Part shown: piece by piece, positions 10,880-22,011 of the stretch
How positions within the stretch are numbered: the first letter of the stretch is position 1
Layout: every line of letters starts with the position of its first letter
Origin: Hyaloraphidium curvatum SAG 235-1
Taxonomy: Eukaryota > Fungi > Monoblepharomycota
Direction of reading: 5' to 3'
Length of the DNA: 64,000 bases
Assembly: GCA_025558095.1 (NCBI GenBank)
Contig: JAIVFI010000019.1
Coordinates: 620,001-684,000, forward strand
Position numbers and translations under genes: made by a program
Notes under the pieces: generated by a model
Told to the model about the DNA's origin: nothing
Seen by the model: only the letters and a program-made list of their open reading frames with translations
The model's database searches: none

Positions 10880-12073
10880 TCACTTCGCGCCTTCGACCGG
10901 CTTCCCGGCCGTCGACGTGATGAGCTCGCCCTTGAACGCCGCCGACCTCTTCCCCAGCCACCATCCATATGCCGGGGGAACCATGCCGTACCCGTCCAGT
11001 CCGAACTTGTTGGCCGCATCCATGGGCCAGGACGGGTTATACAGCATCTCCCGGCCCAGGGCCACGAGGTCAGCCCTACCCTCGCTTAGGATGCGCTCGG
11101 CCTGCTCGTGCTCGATGATCAGCCCGACGGCCATCGTCATGATCCCCGCCTCCCGCTTGAGCTTCTCGGCGTAGGGAACCTGGTACCCGTACCCAATCGG
11201 CGCCGAGCGCACGGGCCGCGCGGTCATCCCGCCGCCGCTACAGTCGATCACGTCGATCCCGATGTCCTTGAGCTTCCGCGCCAGGGCGACGCTGTCGTCC
11301 GGCGACCACCCGGCGTCGTCGTCGACCGAGAGCCGCATGAAGACGGGCTTGTGCTCGGGCATGGCCGCGCGGACGGCCTTGGCGACCTCGAGCGCGAAGC
11401 GGTGCCGTTTTTCCGTGCTCCCGCCGAAATCGTCCGTCCTCTGGTTGGCCACCGGCGACAAAAACTCGTGGACCAGGTACCCGTGCGCGCCGTGGATCTC
11501 GACCATGTCGAACCCGGCCTCGTTGGCCCGCCTGGCGGCCTCGCCAAAGGCCCTGACCATCCCCCAGACCTCCTCCGTGCTGGGCTCGTGCGGGATGGGC
11601 CAGCCCTCGTCGTTGACGGCGCTGGGCCCGACGATCTTCCAGGCCTCCCAACTCGCGTCCGAAATCTCCGGTGCATCTTCCCAGTTGAGCGGCTTGGACC
11701 CCTCCCAAGGCCTGCCCGTCCTCGCCTTCCTCCCGGAATGCCCGAGCTGGATCCCCGCCGCGGCCCCGTTGCCCTTGACCAGCTTCACGATCTCCGCCAG
11801 CGGCGCGACGAACGCGTCGTCCCACAGCCCGAGGTCGCCCACGGTCCCGCACCCCCGCCTTTCCACCTTTGTCGACTCGAAGATGACCAGCCCGGCGCCG
11901 CCGGCCGAGTAGCGCCCGTAGTTCTGCGTGTGCCAAGTGGTGGGAAAGCCGTCCTTGGCGGCATACTGGTGCATCGGCGCCACGACGACGCGGTTCTTGA
12001 GCTCGAGGGAGCGGATCTTGATTGGAGTGAAGAGGAGCGGGAGCGCGTGGCCGTTGGTCTTTGGTTCGGCCAT
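10880..12073 (-). CDS. NADH:flavin oxidoreductase (Old Yellow Enzyme, YqjM/NamA-like), intronless
   Basis: LKNRVVVAPMHQY, GIQLGHSGRK, EIHGAHGYL..FLSP..NQRTDDFGGS, ADLVALGRE. Confidence 0.95.
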   Translation of the reverse strand: MAEPKTNGHALPLLFTPIKIRSLELKNRVVVAPMHQYAAKDGFPTTWHTQNYGRYSAGGAGLVIFESTKVERRGCGTVGDLGLWDDAFVAPLAEIVKLVKGNGAAAGIQLGHSGRKARTGRPWEGSKPLNWEDAPEISDASWEAWKIVGPSAVNDEGWPIPHEPSTEEVWGMVRAFGEAARRANEAGFDMVEIHGAHGYLVHEFLSPVANQRTDDFGGSTEKRHRFALEVAKAVRAAMPEHKPVFMRLSVDDDAGWSPDDSVALARKLKDIGIDVIDCSGGGMTARPVRSAPIGYGYQVPYAEKLKREAGIMTMAVGLIIEHEQAERILSEGRADLVALGREMLYNPSWPMDAANKFGLDGYGMVPPAYGWWLGKRSAAFKGELITSTAGKPVEGAK

Positions 12074-12354
12074 CGTGCCGAACGTCGATAGGAGCTTCGC
12101 CGCGCGCGCCAGAGGGGAAAGGAGGGGCGATGGGCCGCGATGCGGGGCGGGAGGTCGGGCCGAAGCTCGAGCCGGTGGCGACGGATCGACGTACTTCCTG
12201 AATCACCGTCCACTCCGATGAAGCATTTGGAGTCCCAATCCGACCCTTTTACCAGAAGATCATCTGCGACAACGGGCAAGAGGCTACTGAGCTACGGCCA
12301 CCTAGCGCAAGAAGGACCAACGAAAGAGCAATCCTCCCAAAGACGGGCAGCCCA

Positions 12355-15174
12355 CTACCCGCTCAACCTCCCCTTGACGACCGCCGCCTCCTCGCTCGTC
12401 AGCCTCACCCACACGTCCAGCGCATCCTCCACGTCCTGGTCCCTCTCCAAAAGCCCGCAGATGACGTTGAACGCCCCCCGGAAGTGCTTCCAGAAGTTGC
12501 CGGCGTCGGGGATGTCGGCGAGGAGGGCGACGATGTCTTGCAGGAGGGCGGCGACGGTGGACATGGCCTGCTGGGTGGCGGGGGCGTCCGGGGGGGCGGT
12601 GCGCAGGATGTGGCGGAACTTGCGGATCGCGCTGCGGAGCGGACGCCGTCAGCTTGCGGTGGTTCCGACGCGCAGGTGTGGAGACCCACATGACGTGCAC
12701 CCAGCACGCGCGGACGACGAGCGTGGGCCACAGCGGTGTGGTGCCCCGCACGTCGGGCTTGCGGAGGTCACCGCCGGGGGTGACGACGGCGCTCTTGACG
12801 AGGCGCGAGATGGTGATGGCGTGCGACTCGGCGACGATGAAGGCGTCCGAAAAGGGCCCTGGTCGGAAGGGTGTTCAGTGTGAAATACCGGAGAAGCGAG
12901 AGGCGAATCTCACAGTCCTCCAGGGCGGCGAATCCGGGGGAGCTCGGGTCCGTGAACGGCCACTCGCCCAGGATGTCGTACGGGGCATGCAGGAGCAGGT
13001 GCGTCGCGTGGAAGAACACGAGCATCTGCGGGCTGGAAGGCCGTCAGAAACGGACGCCGGCCGTCCCGCGGCCGGCACCCACATCAGCGCCGCCCTGTAC
13101 GCCCCCCAGTGCTCGCTGCACACCTCGGTGAGCCCGTTCGCGTCCCCCGCCTCGTCCATGGTCCGCACCCGTTCGGGCAGGTGCGCCCACAGGTCTTCCA
13201 GGCACGTCACCAGGCGGTCCCTGATCCCCGTCGCCTCGGGGTCCGACTCGGGCGGGCGGAACAGGGCGTACCCCCTCGCGGCGCAGAGGTCCTCGTACCG
13301 CCTGAACCTGCCCCAGATGCCGCTGCGGACGGCCTGCAGCCCGACGCAGCCGGATTCGAAGAGGCCGCCGATGGCGCGCTCGAGAAAGGCCGTGCGGAGG
13401 GGGTCGCCCGAGGGGATGTCCATCCACGAAAAGTACAGCCCGAGCGGCAGCGGTGCCGGGTGAGGGGGTACCGAGGCGGCGGACGGGTCGAGCGAGTCGA
13501 AGAGGAGGTCCGAGACGGACATGGGCATGTTGGCCCACCCCTCTGCGAACCTGCCGCGCGCGGCGTCCCAGGGGATGCCGCGGAGCGAGGGGGTGAGGAC
13601 CAGTGGGCCGCCGAGGAAGAAGCCGGCGACGATCTCCGTGACAACCATGAAGCAGCACAGGCGGGTGCGCTCCTGGGCGGCGATCCAGCCCGGCACATCG
13701 TCCGGCGGGCAGGGGGCGCCATCCTCGGGAAGCTCGCCGAATCGGAGCATGGGGAACAGGCCGCGCAGCGCGTTGTGGTACTCAGCGGCCGAGGGGCTGC
13801 CCCCGGCGATGCTGCCGAGGCGGCCGAGGGTGGCCGCGCGCGCGAGGTCCGTCACCTTGGCCAGGTCGTTGGGCGAGCCCGGGCGCAGGCACTTTGCGAG
13901 TTCCTCGCCGAAGCGGCGGCGGCAGAATTCCGAGAGGCCGTCCCGGAGGTGCGCCGACCGCAGCCACGCCCACCGCCAGCCGCCCGCGTCCGGCCCCATC
14001 TCGTCGAGCATCCGAAGGCTCAGCTGCATGAGGGACGCAAGTGTGAGCGGGTCGGCCGTTCCGTTTTCGACCCTGCGCCGGAAGCTGGGGATGTGGAAGA
14101 TGCTGTGGTATGCCCCGTCGTAGCGGTGAAAGTGCGCGATGAGTACGTTGACGAGCGGCAGCGGGGGGAGCAGGTGCGCGGGGATGTCGGGGTACAGGTC
14201 GTGGAGGTGGTGCCGCGGGACCGACGGGCCGCAGCATGCGCAGTCGACGTCGGTCAGGGCCATCGACTCGGTCCACTCGGGCGACATTGGCGTGGCGGCG
14301 AGGGCGAGCAGGTTGAGAGGGGAGGCGGGCGTGTGGTCCGCCAGCGTCGAGACGTCCCAGGTGCCGTCGAGCACCGGCTGCCAGTCCCAGGTGTCGGGCA
14401 GGTCGGTCGGGGCAGGGGTGGCGGCGGGCAAGGCGTCCGTGATGCCGCCGGATTGCGGGTCGGCGAAGTTTCCGGGCGTGGAGGCGCCGCTCCACTGCGG
14501 CAGCGCGAACCCTCCGTTCGCGGGCACTGAAGCGGGGCCTGAAGATGGGCTCGCGGTGCTCGGCTCGCCGTCCTCCATCCCCACCGTGTCCTCGCCCGAG
14601 CCGTCGGCGCCCCGCGAGTCCGCCCGCCTCCGCACGGGGGCTTTGCCGGAGCAGGACCCCGCGAACCGCTTCGCGTGGCGTACGAGCGCGTCGCGCCGCG
14701 TGAAGGTTGCGCCGCACGCCCCGCAGCGCAGGCCGCCGTCGGGCGCGGCGTCGGCGTCGTTGTCGGGCTTGGCGACCACGCGGTCGACGCACGGCCTCTT
14801 CGCCGACCGCCGCAGGTGCCGCGCGAGCACGTCGCTGCGCGGGAACACCGAGCCGCACATGTCGCACGCGAACGACGTGGGCCGCGTGCCGTCGCCCTGG
14901 TTGTGCGTCGTCCGCAGGTGCCGCTTGAGCTCGTACACGCGGACAAACGTGCTCTGAACGCATAGACATAGGGGACGGTTACCACATACGAAGGTTAAGG
15001 CGTCGTTAGAACACTTTAGGACGGGGCGGCGGCGGCAGTTACCCCGCAGAGCTCGCACGCGTGCGCCTTCTCGGCCGGGAAGTGCGTCTGACGATGGGCC
15101 ACGGCGTTCTGCTTCCGGCCGAACGTGCGCCCGCAGATGTCGCACGCGAACGCGCCCGGCTCGTCGCCCTCCAT
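12355..15174 (-). CDS. C2H2 zinc-finger transcription factor with fungal-TF-like middle domain (spliced)
   Basis: FACDICGRTF..H, HACELCG/STFVRVYELKRH, FACDMCGSVFPRSDVLARH, CGACGATFTRRDALVRH; IFHIPSF and QERTRL motifs. Confidence 0.85.
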
Positions 15175-15894
15175 CGCGGCGGCGGCGGCGGGCGCCTACT
15201 CGGTGGCCGCACCCGGGTTGGTGGAGTGAGGGGCGACTCGGAGTGGGTGACAAAACTGGACGCCAAGGAGCAGTGCCACATCACTCACACTTTGCCCGCG
15301 AGTGAGGCACGGGAAGGCCATGGAATAAAGCTAGATGCGTGAGAAGATGTTGCCGTTTCTCAATGACTCGTCCCCAGGAGTTTTCAAGACGGGTTACCAG
15401 TGACAACCGACCAGTTCGGAACCGTCTTCCGTATCCTGCCTTCTTTTCAACACCCTCTGTGAACAACAGCTGATCGAGTTACAATCTAGATTGAGCTCCA
15501 AGGGCCGCAATGTGCCATCCAGCAGCCGGCCGTCCCTCCGATCGGAACCCCTTGTCATCGACCGGTCTCGTTTGATTGACTTGTTGACGGTAAACAACCC
15601 GCCCTCCGAATCCGCATCCCCGAAGCACGCGCTGCGGCAAGCTGTGCCCAGGCTGCCGCACTCACTCCTCGCGTGCGCGTGCGAGGACCCCCAAAGACCT
15701 GCGGCATCCCCGGGGATTGGCGGGTAATTGGTTGTTTGCGCCCGCGCACGCGACGGACCCGGCACAGCTGCGGCCGCCGGTCCGGGGTACAAAAGCCGGG
15801 CCGCCGGGGACGGGAGAGAGCATCGCATCGCAGTGCCGCTCGACCGCCGACCTCCCGCCTTTGCATCGTGGCCCTCCCACCCCCTGCGTGCACC

Positions 15895-16446
15895 ATGCCC
15901 CGCTTCCTCCCCGCCCTCTTCCTCCTCGCCGCCCTCCTCGCCCTCCTCGTTCCCTCCTCCACGGCCTGCAGCTGCATCCCCACCCCACCCGCTTACGATG
16001 CCCTAGCCCTGAGCGACGCCGTCTTTGCCGGCCGCGTGATCTCGGTCAACTCCACGGAAACCGGCAAGCGCGTGCTTCTTGCGGTCCGCGAGGCGTGGAA
16101 GGGCGTCGCCCGCTCCAAGGTTCAAGTGCGCACTGCGCCGCACTCGGCCATGTGCGGGTTCACCTTCGACGTGGGGCGCAAGTACCTCGTCTACGCGCGC
16201 AAGTCCGACGGCGTCTTGGAGGCCGGCCTGTGCTCGCGCACGTCGGACTTCTGGTACGCCGCCGACGATCTGGCGATGCTCGGGGAGCCCGAGAGGAGGT
16301 TCGGGGGGAGATCGACGATGGATGCCGTGGACGAGCTGGCCGTGCTGGTTCTGGCGAGAACTCAGCCGGTTCCGGTTCCGCTTCCGGAGCCGGAGCCGCC
16401 CGTGCCCATCGTGTGCGGGGGGGCGAACGGGACGGTGGCCAACTGA
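15895..16446 (+). CDS. Secreted TIMP-like/NTR-fold protein (bacterial-type single domain), intronless
   Basis: Signal peptide then CSC; SDAVFAGRV, VREAWKG, CGFTFDVGRKYLVYA, LCSRT. Confidence 0.85.
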   Translation: MPRFLPALFLLAALLALLVPSSTACSCIPTPPAYDALALSDAVFAGRVISVNSTETGKRVLLAVREAWKGVARSKVQVRTAPHSAMCGFTFDVGRKYLVYARKSDGVLEAGLCSRTSDFWYAADDLAMLGEPERRFGGRSTMDAVDELAVLVLARTQPVPVPLPEPEPPVPIVCGGANGTVAN

Positions 16447-16739
16447 AGAAGGATTGCGATTGCGAGGCGGCGAGCCTGGCCGTGATGTGCGGCTTGACAA
16501 GTGGACTATACCCGGACCTCATCTTATGAATGTACTAGTCAATCGTAATCTATTGGTGGATTGGGATGATACACAGCTTGTCGGCAAGCGGAGCCCGAAG
16601 TTTCGTCGAGTGGGACCAGGACGTCGAGGGGCACGAGTCAGTGGCGGTGGTCCAGGCTAGGGAGGTCGAGCGTTGGCAGGATTCGGTCGGCTTCGAAAAG
16701 GTATCGTGTTTCGTCTTAGAGAGCTACATGGTCCGTAGA

Positions 16740-17846
16740 TCAGTAGCCTCTTGCCTGGGTTGTTGATCGTCGAGTTGAGAATGAGGGGTCAGAGGAGAGG
16801 GCGATCGTCGAGTTGGGGGAGGGGGGCGGAGGGGTCAGAAGAGAGCGCAAACCATCAAGTCCGACAAACCCACCGCAGCAAACCGGTTTAGCCAGTCCAA
16901 AACTAGCATCGTGATGACGACGTGTGGTGCAACGCGTGTGTAGTATGTACCGAAGCCGCGGTAGAAGACGAAGCCCTCCTCCTTCATAACTTGGCGGAAA
17001 CAGTCCACCACGCCGGCGTACTTGCCCTTGCCCGTGGCCGGATCCGCGACCTGCTTCTGGAGCCGCGTCTTGACAAAGTCGAAGGGGAGGGAGAAGAAGG
17101 ACGCCAGGAAGGCGGCGACAAAGGCCGCGCCGAAGGTGGCGGTCCGCCGCTTCGCCTCGGTGTCCGTCCCCAGAGCCGCTTGCAGCCTCGCCAGCGCCTC
17201 CGAGTTCCCTGCCAGCTGGCCCACATTGAGAGCGATCGCTCGGACCACTGTTGGCCCCGAGCCCCGCCACAGCCCGAGCACGCCCTCCGACTTGACGATG
17301 CTGCTGAAGGCATGGAACACGCCCTTGTAGTTCCGCCTCAGCTCCGGGGGCAGCACCGCGTCCGACTGCATCCGCACGAGGCTGAGGTCCGCCGGGACGC
17401 CGCAGAGCGAGCCCAGGCCGCCGGCCACGACGCCGGCGAGGGTCCGGTCCGCGAGGGTGAGCTTCGAGGCGGGTTTCCGGGCCTGGATGGCGTCCAGGAC
17501 GGTCTGGAAGATGCCGAGGCGGGTCGTCGCTGGCCGCGACGCGTCAGCCGAGGCGAAGAAAGAACGCGGAGACGACAGGCCCACCGTAGGTGAGTTGTCT
17601 CATGTAGGCTGCACCGAGGCCTTTGTAGAGCGCCCGAGCGCCCTCCTCCGCGACAATCTTCCGGCCGACAGCGAGCGGGTTCGCGCTCCCGCCACCCTTG
17701 CCGCCCTCGCCCGACAGCTGGATCCGCACTTTGACCATATCGATGGGCTGTATCGCAGTAGTGGCCACCATGCCGGCCATGCCGCCCAGGACGTAGGGGC
17801 GGAGGAAGGTCCAGGCGGCGGGAGGAGATGTCGAGTTCGAGGACAT
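16740..17846 (-). CDS. Mitochondrial 2-oxoglutarate/malate (dicarboxylate-tricarboxylate) carrier
   Basis: Three carrier signatures PIDMVKVRIQ, PADLSLVRMQ, PFDFVKTRLQ; RQLTY/TTTRLG, RVAPH; last exon ARGY*. Confidence 0.95.
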
Positions 17847-18186
17847 TTCCGGCGGCAAAGGCGAAGCGGCAGCGGCGCGATTGGCCTCTGGGCTTGGGGA
17901 GAGGAGGAAGAGATAAATCGGCTGACCGATGCCTTCCGCGTCGGTCTGATTAGGTTGTTGTAGTAGGGCGAAGATCAGTTTGCCTATGAAATCGGATGCC
18001 GGCGTCCCGACAGTCCGAGCTGTGAACAGCTTCAGCGCCAGAGCCGTGCAAATCCATCAGCAGCTCGCAAATGTAGCTCAAGTAACTGCCGATGGCTCGC
18101 AAGATGGAGCTCAAGCTGATGCTGATGATTCCGTCGATTCCAGTACAGCATTAACACCTGGTCGAGAACGCTAGCAACGCCTCCCA

Positions 18187-18546
18187 TCAACGACGCTCCT
18201 CATCGTCATCGCCGCCTCCTTCCCCTCCTTCCTCTTCATCTCCTGCTCCCTCTTCGGAGCCCCCGCCGGCCTTGACGGCTTTGGCCTTCACCTTCTCGAT
18301 GAGGGCAGCAAGCTGCTCGTTGATCTCCTTAATGTTCTTCGAGGTCTCGTCCTTGAACTTCTTCATCTGCTCCATGGCAACTTCCACCTGGTTCTGAATC
18401 GGCGGAAGGCCCTTCTTCGAGAAGAAGTTCTTGAGCGCCGTGCCTTTGATTTTGTCGAAGAGGCTCTCCGCGTCCGACGGGCGCGCTAGAAGCGCAAGAA
18501 GCACGGCCACGAAAGCCAGTAGATGAACTGTGTCGCGAGAAGGCAT
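18187..18546 (-). CDS. Small secreted helical protein with acidic Gly tail
   Basis: Signal peptide ..LLAFVAVLLALLARPSDA, Lys-rich amphipathic segment, coiled coil, EEGAGDEEEGG..EERR. Confidence 0.75.
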   Translation of the reverse strand: MPSRDTVHLLAFVAVLLALLARPSDAESLFDKIKGTALKNFFSKKGLPPIQNQVEVAMEQMKKFKDETSKNIKEINEQLAALIEKVKAKAVKAGGGSEEGAGDEEEGGEGGGDDDEERR

Positions 18547-18578
18547 TCAGGTTGACAAACGGCAAACGGTGGAGATGC

Positions 18579-18611
18579 GGGGGGGGGGGGGGGGGGGGGG
18601 GGGGTGGGGGG
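18579..18611. repeat. Poly-G tract (G26-T-G6)
   Basis: Directly visible homopolymer ~30 bp upstream of the ATG at 18546. Confidence 0.9.
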
Positions 18612-18948
18612 ACGGGCGAAATGGGCGCCGTGGGGAGGACGTGACACCGTCAGGAAACATGGTTTACCGAGCGCAACGCCTAGCACGAACGAAATCGGAG
18701 AGCGCGCATGGCGGAGTGCCGTGCCACGCGGGATCAAACGTCGCGGGAAGGCGTGTGAGTGGGCAGAATGGCGCGTCGTCGACGGGTCCGTGGATGCCCC
18801 CCCGTGCGTCCCGAGTCAGGACGTCCACCAACTTCGCCAGCAGCAGCCCGATCATATCTCCGACAATTACAGACCGAAATGATACATATGATGAACTTGA
18901 ATCCAACCAGTCCCGGTCCGCCTCCGCCTTGAGGCCCACTCGAGCTTT

Positions 18949-19610
18949 TCACTTTCTCTCCTCCTCGGCGTCACCACCACCTCCGTCTCCACCGCCATCG
19001 ATCTGCTTTTCCAGCTCCTTTACCATGTCCTTAATCTTCTGCAGCCCCTTGGTCGTCTCGTCGCGGAACGCCCTGAACTCGGCGAGGATCCCCGCCAGCG
19101 GGATGCTGTTGGCCGCCAGGGCCGCGTTTGCGCTGTTGACGACATCCTTGACGTTCAGGGCGGCCCGGACGTTGTTGCCTTTTTCGGCGTTCTTCAGTGC
19201 CATGTTTGCGCTTTTCACCGCATTCGCGATGTTCATGTTCGACGTCTTGACGGCGTTGCTGATGGCACCGTTCACATCCTTGAGCATGTTGCCGAAATCT
19301 CCCTGCCTGTTCTTCACTGCTTCCTGGATCTTCTTCCTGCAGGGCGGGAAAAATGGTCACCTCCAGGCGCGGACGAGAACGGCGCCCTTCCCAAAGATGG
19401 AGGCATCCAGTGAGACCCCGTCCGCTTTCCACGGTCCATAACGACCCCCGGGCCGCGGTCCATACGGTTCGCTTTCCACAGTCCGTACCGGCCCGGTCCT
19501 CACCATTGATTCAGGGCGTCACTGGTCTTCACGCCCCACGCGTCGGCAGGCATTGCCACCGCAGCGAGCAGCACGGCGAAGGCAGCGAAAACGGCAGCTT
19601 TCCACCGGCA
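18949..19610 (-). CDS. Paralogous small secreted helical protein (1 intron; start codon unclear)
   Basis: Exon 1 ..AAVFAAFAVLLAAVAMPADAWGVKTSDALNQ splices in frame to WKKIQEAVKNRQG...FRDETTKGLQKI..GGGDAEEERK*. Confidence 0.65.
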
Positions 19611-20599
19611 CAGTGTTCAATGTCACAGTGTTTAATGTTCCCGCAGGTTGGAGAGTTGAAAGATGCCGGTCCCAACAGGAGGAAGGTGGTGAGTCTTCGA
19701 GGACGTTGAGGAGCCGGCCGGCGAATGGCGCCCACCTAGCCGGAAAAGCGGCATCGCGCCCCGCGGCATGGTCGCCCGGCTCGTTCGAAGGAGTTCACGG
19801 ACTGAGGCCGGTCCCGACGGCAGTGGAGGTCCCGGGAGAGTCGTCGCGTCGACGACGGGTCCAGGATCAGTTGCGCGTCCCAATCCCTTTGCCCGGCTAT
19901 GCGGCACTGCGGATGCGCGAGCGACAGTGGCCATATCGACCGTTCGCCTCGTGCGCTCGAAACTGACATAGGAGATCTAGGAAGGCGGCGGCCCCGGGAT
20001 GCCCGCCGAACGCGTTTGCCTTGCAACTCGCGACGCGTCGCGCGAGGACGATCACGGCGCCAGACGCACTAGTGGAGCTCCAGCTTGCTGCTCCCGGCCT
20101 AACGCCATATGACCTGTGAGGTTGGTTTTGTGGCTTGGGAGTCTTAAAGGCGCGGCAACGGGGCCACGAGCGAAGCGGACGCGTCGACGGGAAAGGCATT
20201 CCTTCCGAACGCGTTTCCGCCTAAAGTGCAATCTCCGTCACTCTGATTCGGACGGGCGTGGACATGGTCGTGACCAGCCTCACCCCGAGGGCGCCGCAAC
20301 GCGGGATTTCCAAGCGCCCCCAGCACCTGTGCTGGCCGGCGGTAATCTCCCGCGGACAATGGGCGACGGACCGCCCAATTGGCTCCCGCCGTCGCCGTGG
20401 CGCCGGGCCATAAGGCCGTCGGAGATTTGGATCGTACCTGTTTCGTGTTCTGACCTTTCTTTGTTCCTGCAGCCGTTCCCGCAGCAAAGATCTCGATGAG
20501 CCAATCACACACCAGCGAGGTCGCCGAATCACAAGACCAGGACCACAACTTGAAGACTTCCTCTTCCGCTTTCCGCCCTCGTCCCGCGTCTCCGCCGAG

Positions 20600-22011
20600 C
20601 TAACCCCCTCCGGAGGCAGCCCCGACCCTCCCGCCCTCCGTCGTGCCTCCCTCCCCGGCGCGTTCCATGAGCCCCCGCGGGCCCACCGTCGACGTCGAGT
20701 AGTACATCGAGGTGACGTAGGTCGTGACGTAGGCCGTGCAGGTCGGCGAGACGGTCGAGTAGCTCGTGGATGTTTCCTGCGGGCCGGGAATGTCAGCGCG
20801 ATCCATCATTGAGGGGCAGTGAGGGCCCACGGTCCGGGTCGCCGTGGCGTAGGACGTCGTGGTGTAGCTGACGGTTTGGTACGACGTAGCGGTGCTCTGC
20901 GGACAAAGTGTCGGACCAATCCAACGGGAAACAAAACTCGACAGGTCCCACCGTTCGAGTCGCGGTCAAGTACGTCGTCGTGGTGTAGTTGGCCGTGTAG
21001 TAGGACGTCGCGGTGCTCTGCGAGCCCGATCTGTGAGAGCGGTCCAACAGCCAGAGGGACGACAGATACCCACCGTGCGGGTCGACGTCACGTTCGAAGT
21101 CGTCGTGTAGTTGGCGGTGTAGTAGGAAGTCGAGGTCGCCGTGATGTAGCTGACCGGGCGAAAACCTGAGCCGAGCCTGGGAACGAGAGTCGGCCGGGGA
21201 TCACTTACGACGTGCTGTTGTAGGTCACTGTATAGGTCACGTAGCTCGTCGCGTACTGTGTCAGGTAGCTCCGGACCTGCAGAAAGTCGGACAGGATCAG
21301 CTACCGGAGGCGGATCCCTGTCGGCCACCAACCGTGATGTACCGGTGGAGCACGACGATCCGGGGCACCGTCCGAGTCCTGTAGACCGTGGCGGTGGAGG
21401 TCGCGGTGTAGGTCGAGTACGAGGTGAGGGTGCTGTACGAGGTTTGCGTGTAGTAGATCTGCGGCGACGGAGGAAGGGGGGAAATCGAGCGCCGCCCGGA
21501 GTCGCGGACCGCGGGACGGAACGAGGCAACGAGGTGCCCACCTGCTCGGTCAAGGTGCTGTAGGAGGTGTAGGTAGCTGATCATGCCATTTCGAGCGACG
21601 CCGAGGACGCGAACGGCCGATCAGCACCATTGAAGGCCACGTCACCAGCGCGATCTGCACCCACTCGGCACCCGGATGTATCGCACAAGCACGCGGGTCC
21701 GCGTCCTATAGACCGTGACGGTGCTGTACTCGACCGCGCTGACGGTGTAGTAGATCGAGGTCGTTGCGGTCGCGTAGGCGGTTTCCGTGGTCGGAGGAGG
21801 GCACTGCACCGGGACAGACGGGGCCTTGAGCTCAGGCCGGTCTGTCTCGCGTTTCGCAGGCACTTGCCTGGTAAGTCGTAGTGGTCGCGGGGAGAGCGGT
21901 GACGGTGACGACGGTCGTGACATAGGTCGTCCGCGTGGGGGGCTGCGCGATCGCCGGGGCGAGCGCGAGGGCCACAAGGGCGAGGAGGAGGGCGGCACCG
22001 CAGGACGGCAT
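20600..22011 (-). CDS. Secreted Thr/Tyr-rich protein built from many short repeated exons
   Basis: Signal MPSCGAALLLALVALALAPAIA; exons STATSYYTANYTTTTYLTATRT, STATSYQTVSYTTTSYATATRT, etc. Confidence 0.7.

Noticed and set aside
17980-18174. Short ORF with an imperfect GCTCGCAA..AGCTCAAG duplication
   Set aside because: Non-ATG start, no recognisable product, probably UTR or intergenic
19700-20560. Several overlapping short ORFs
   Set aside because: No motifs or coherent splice pattern
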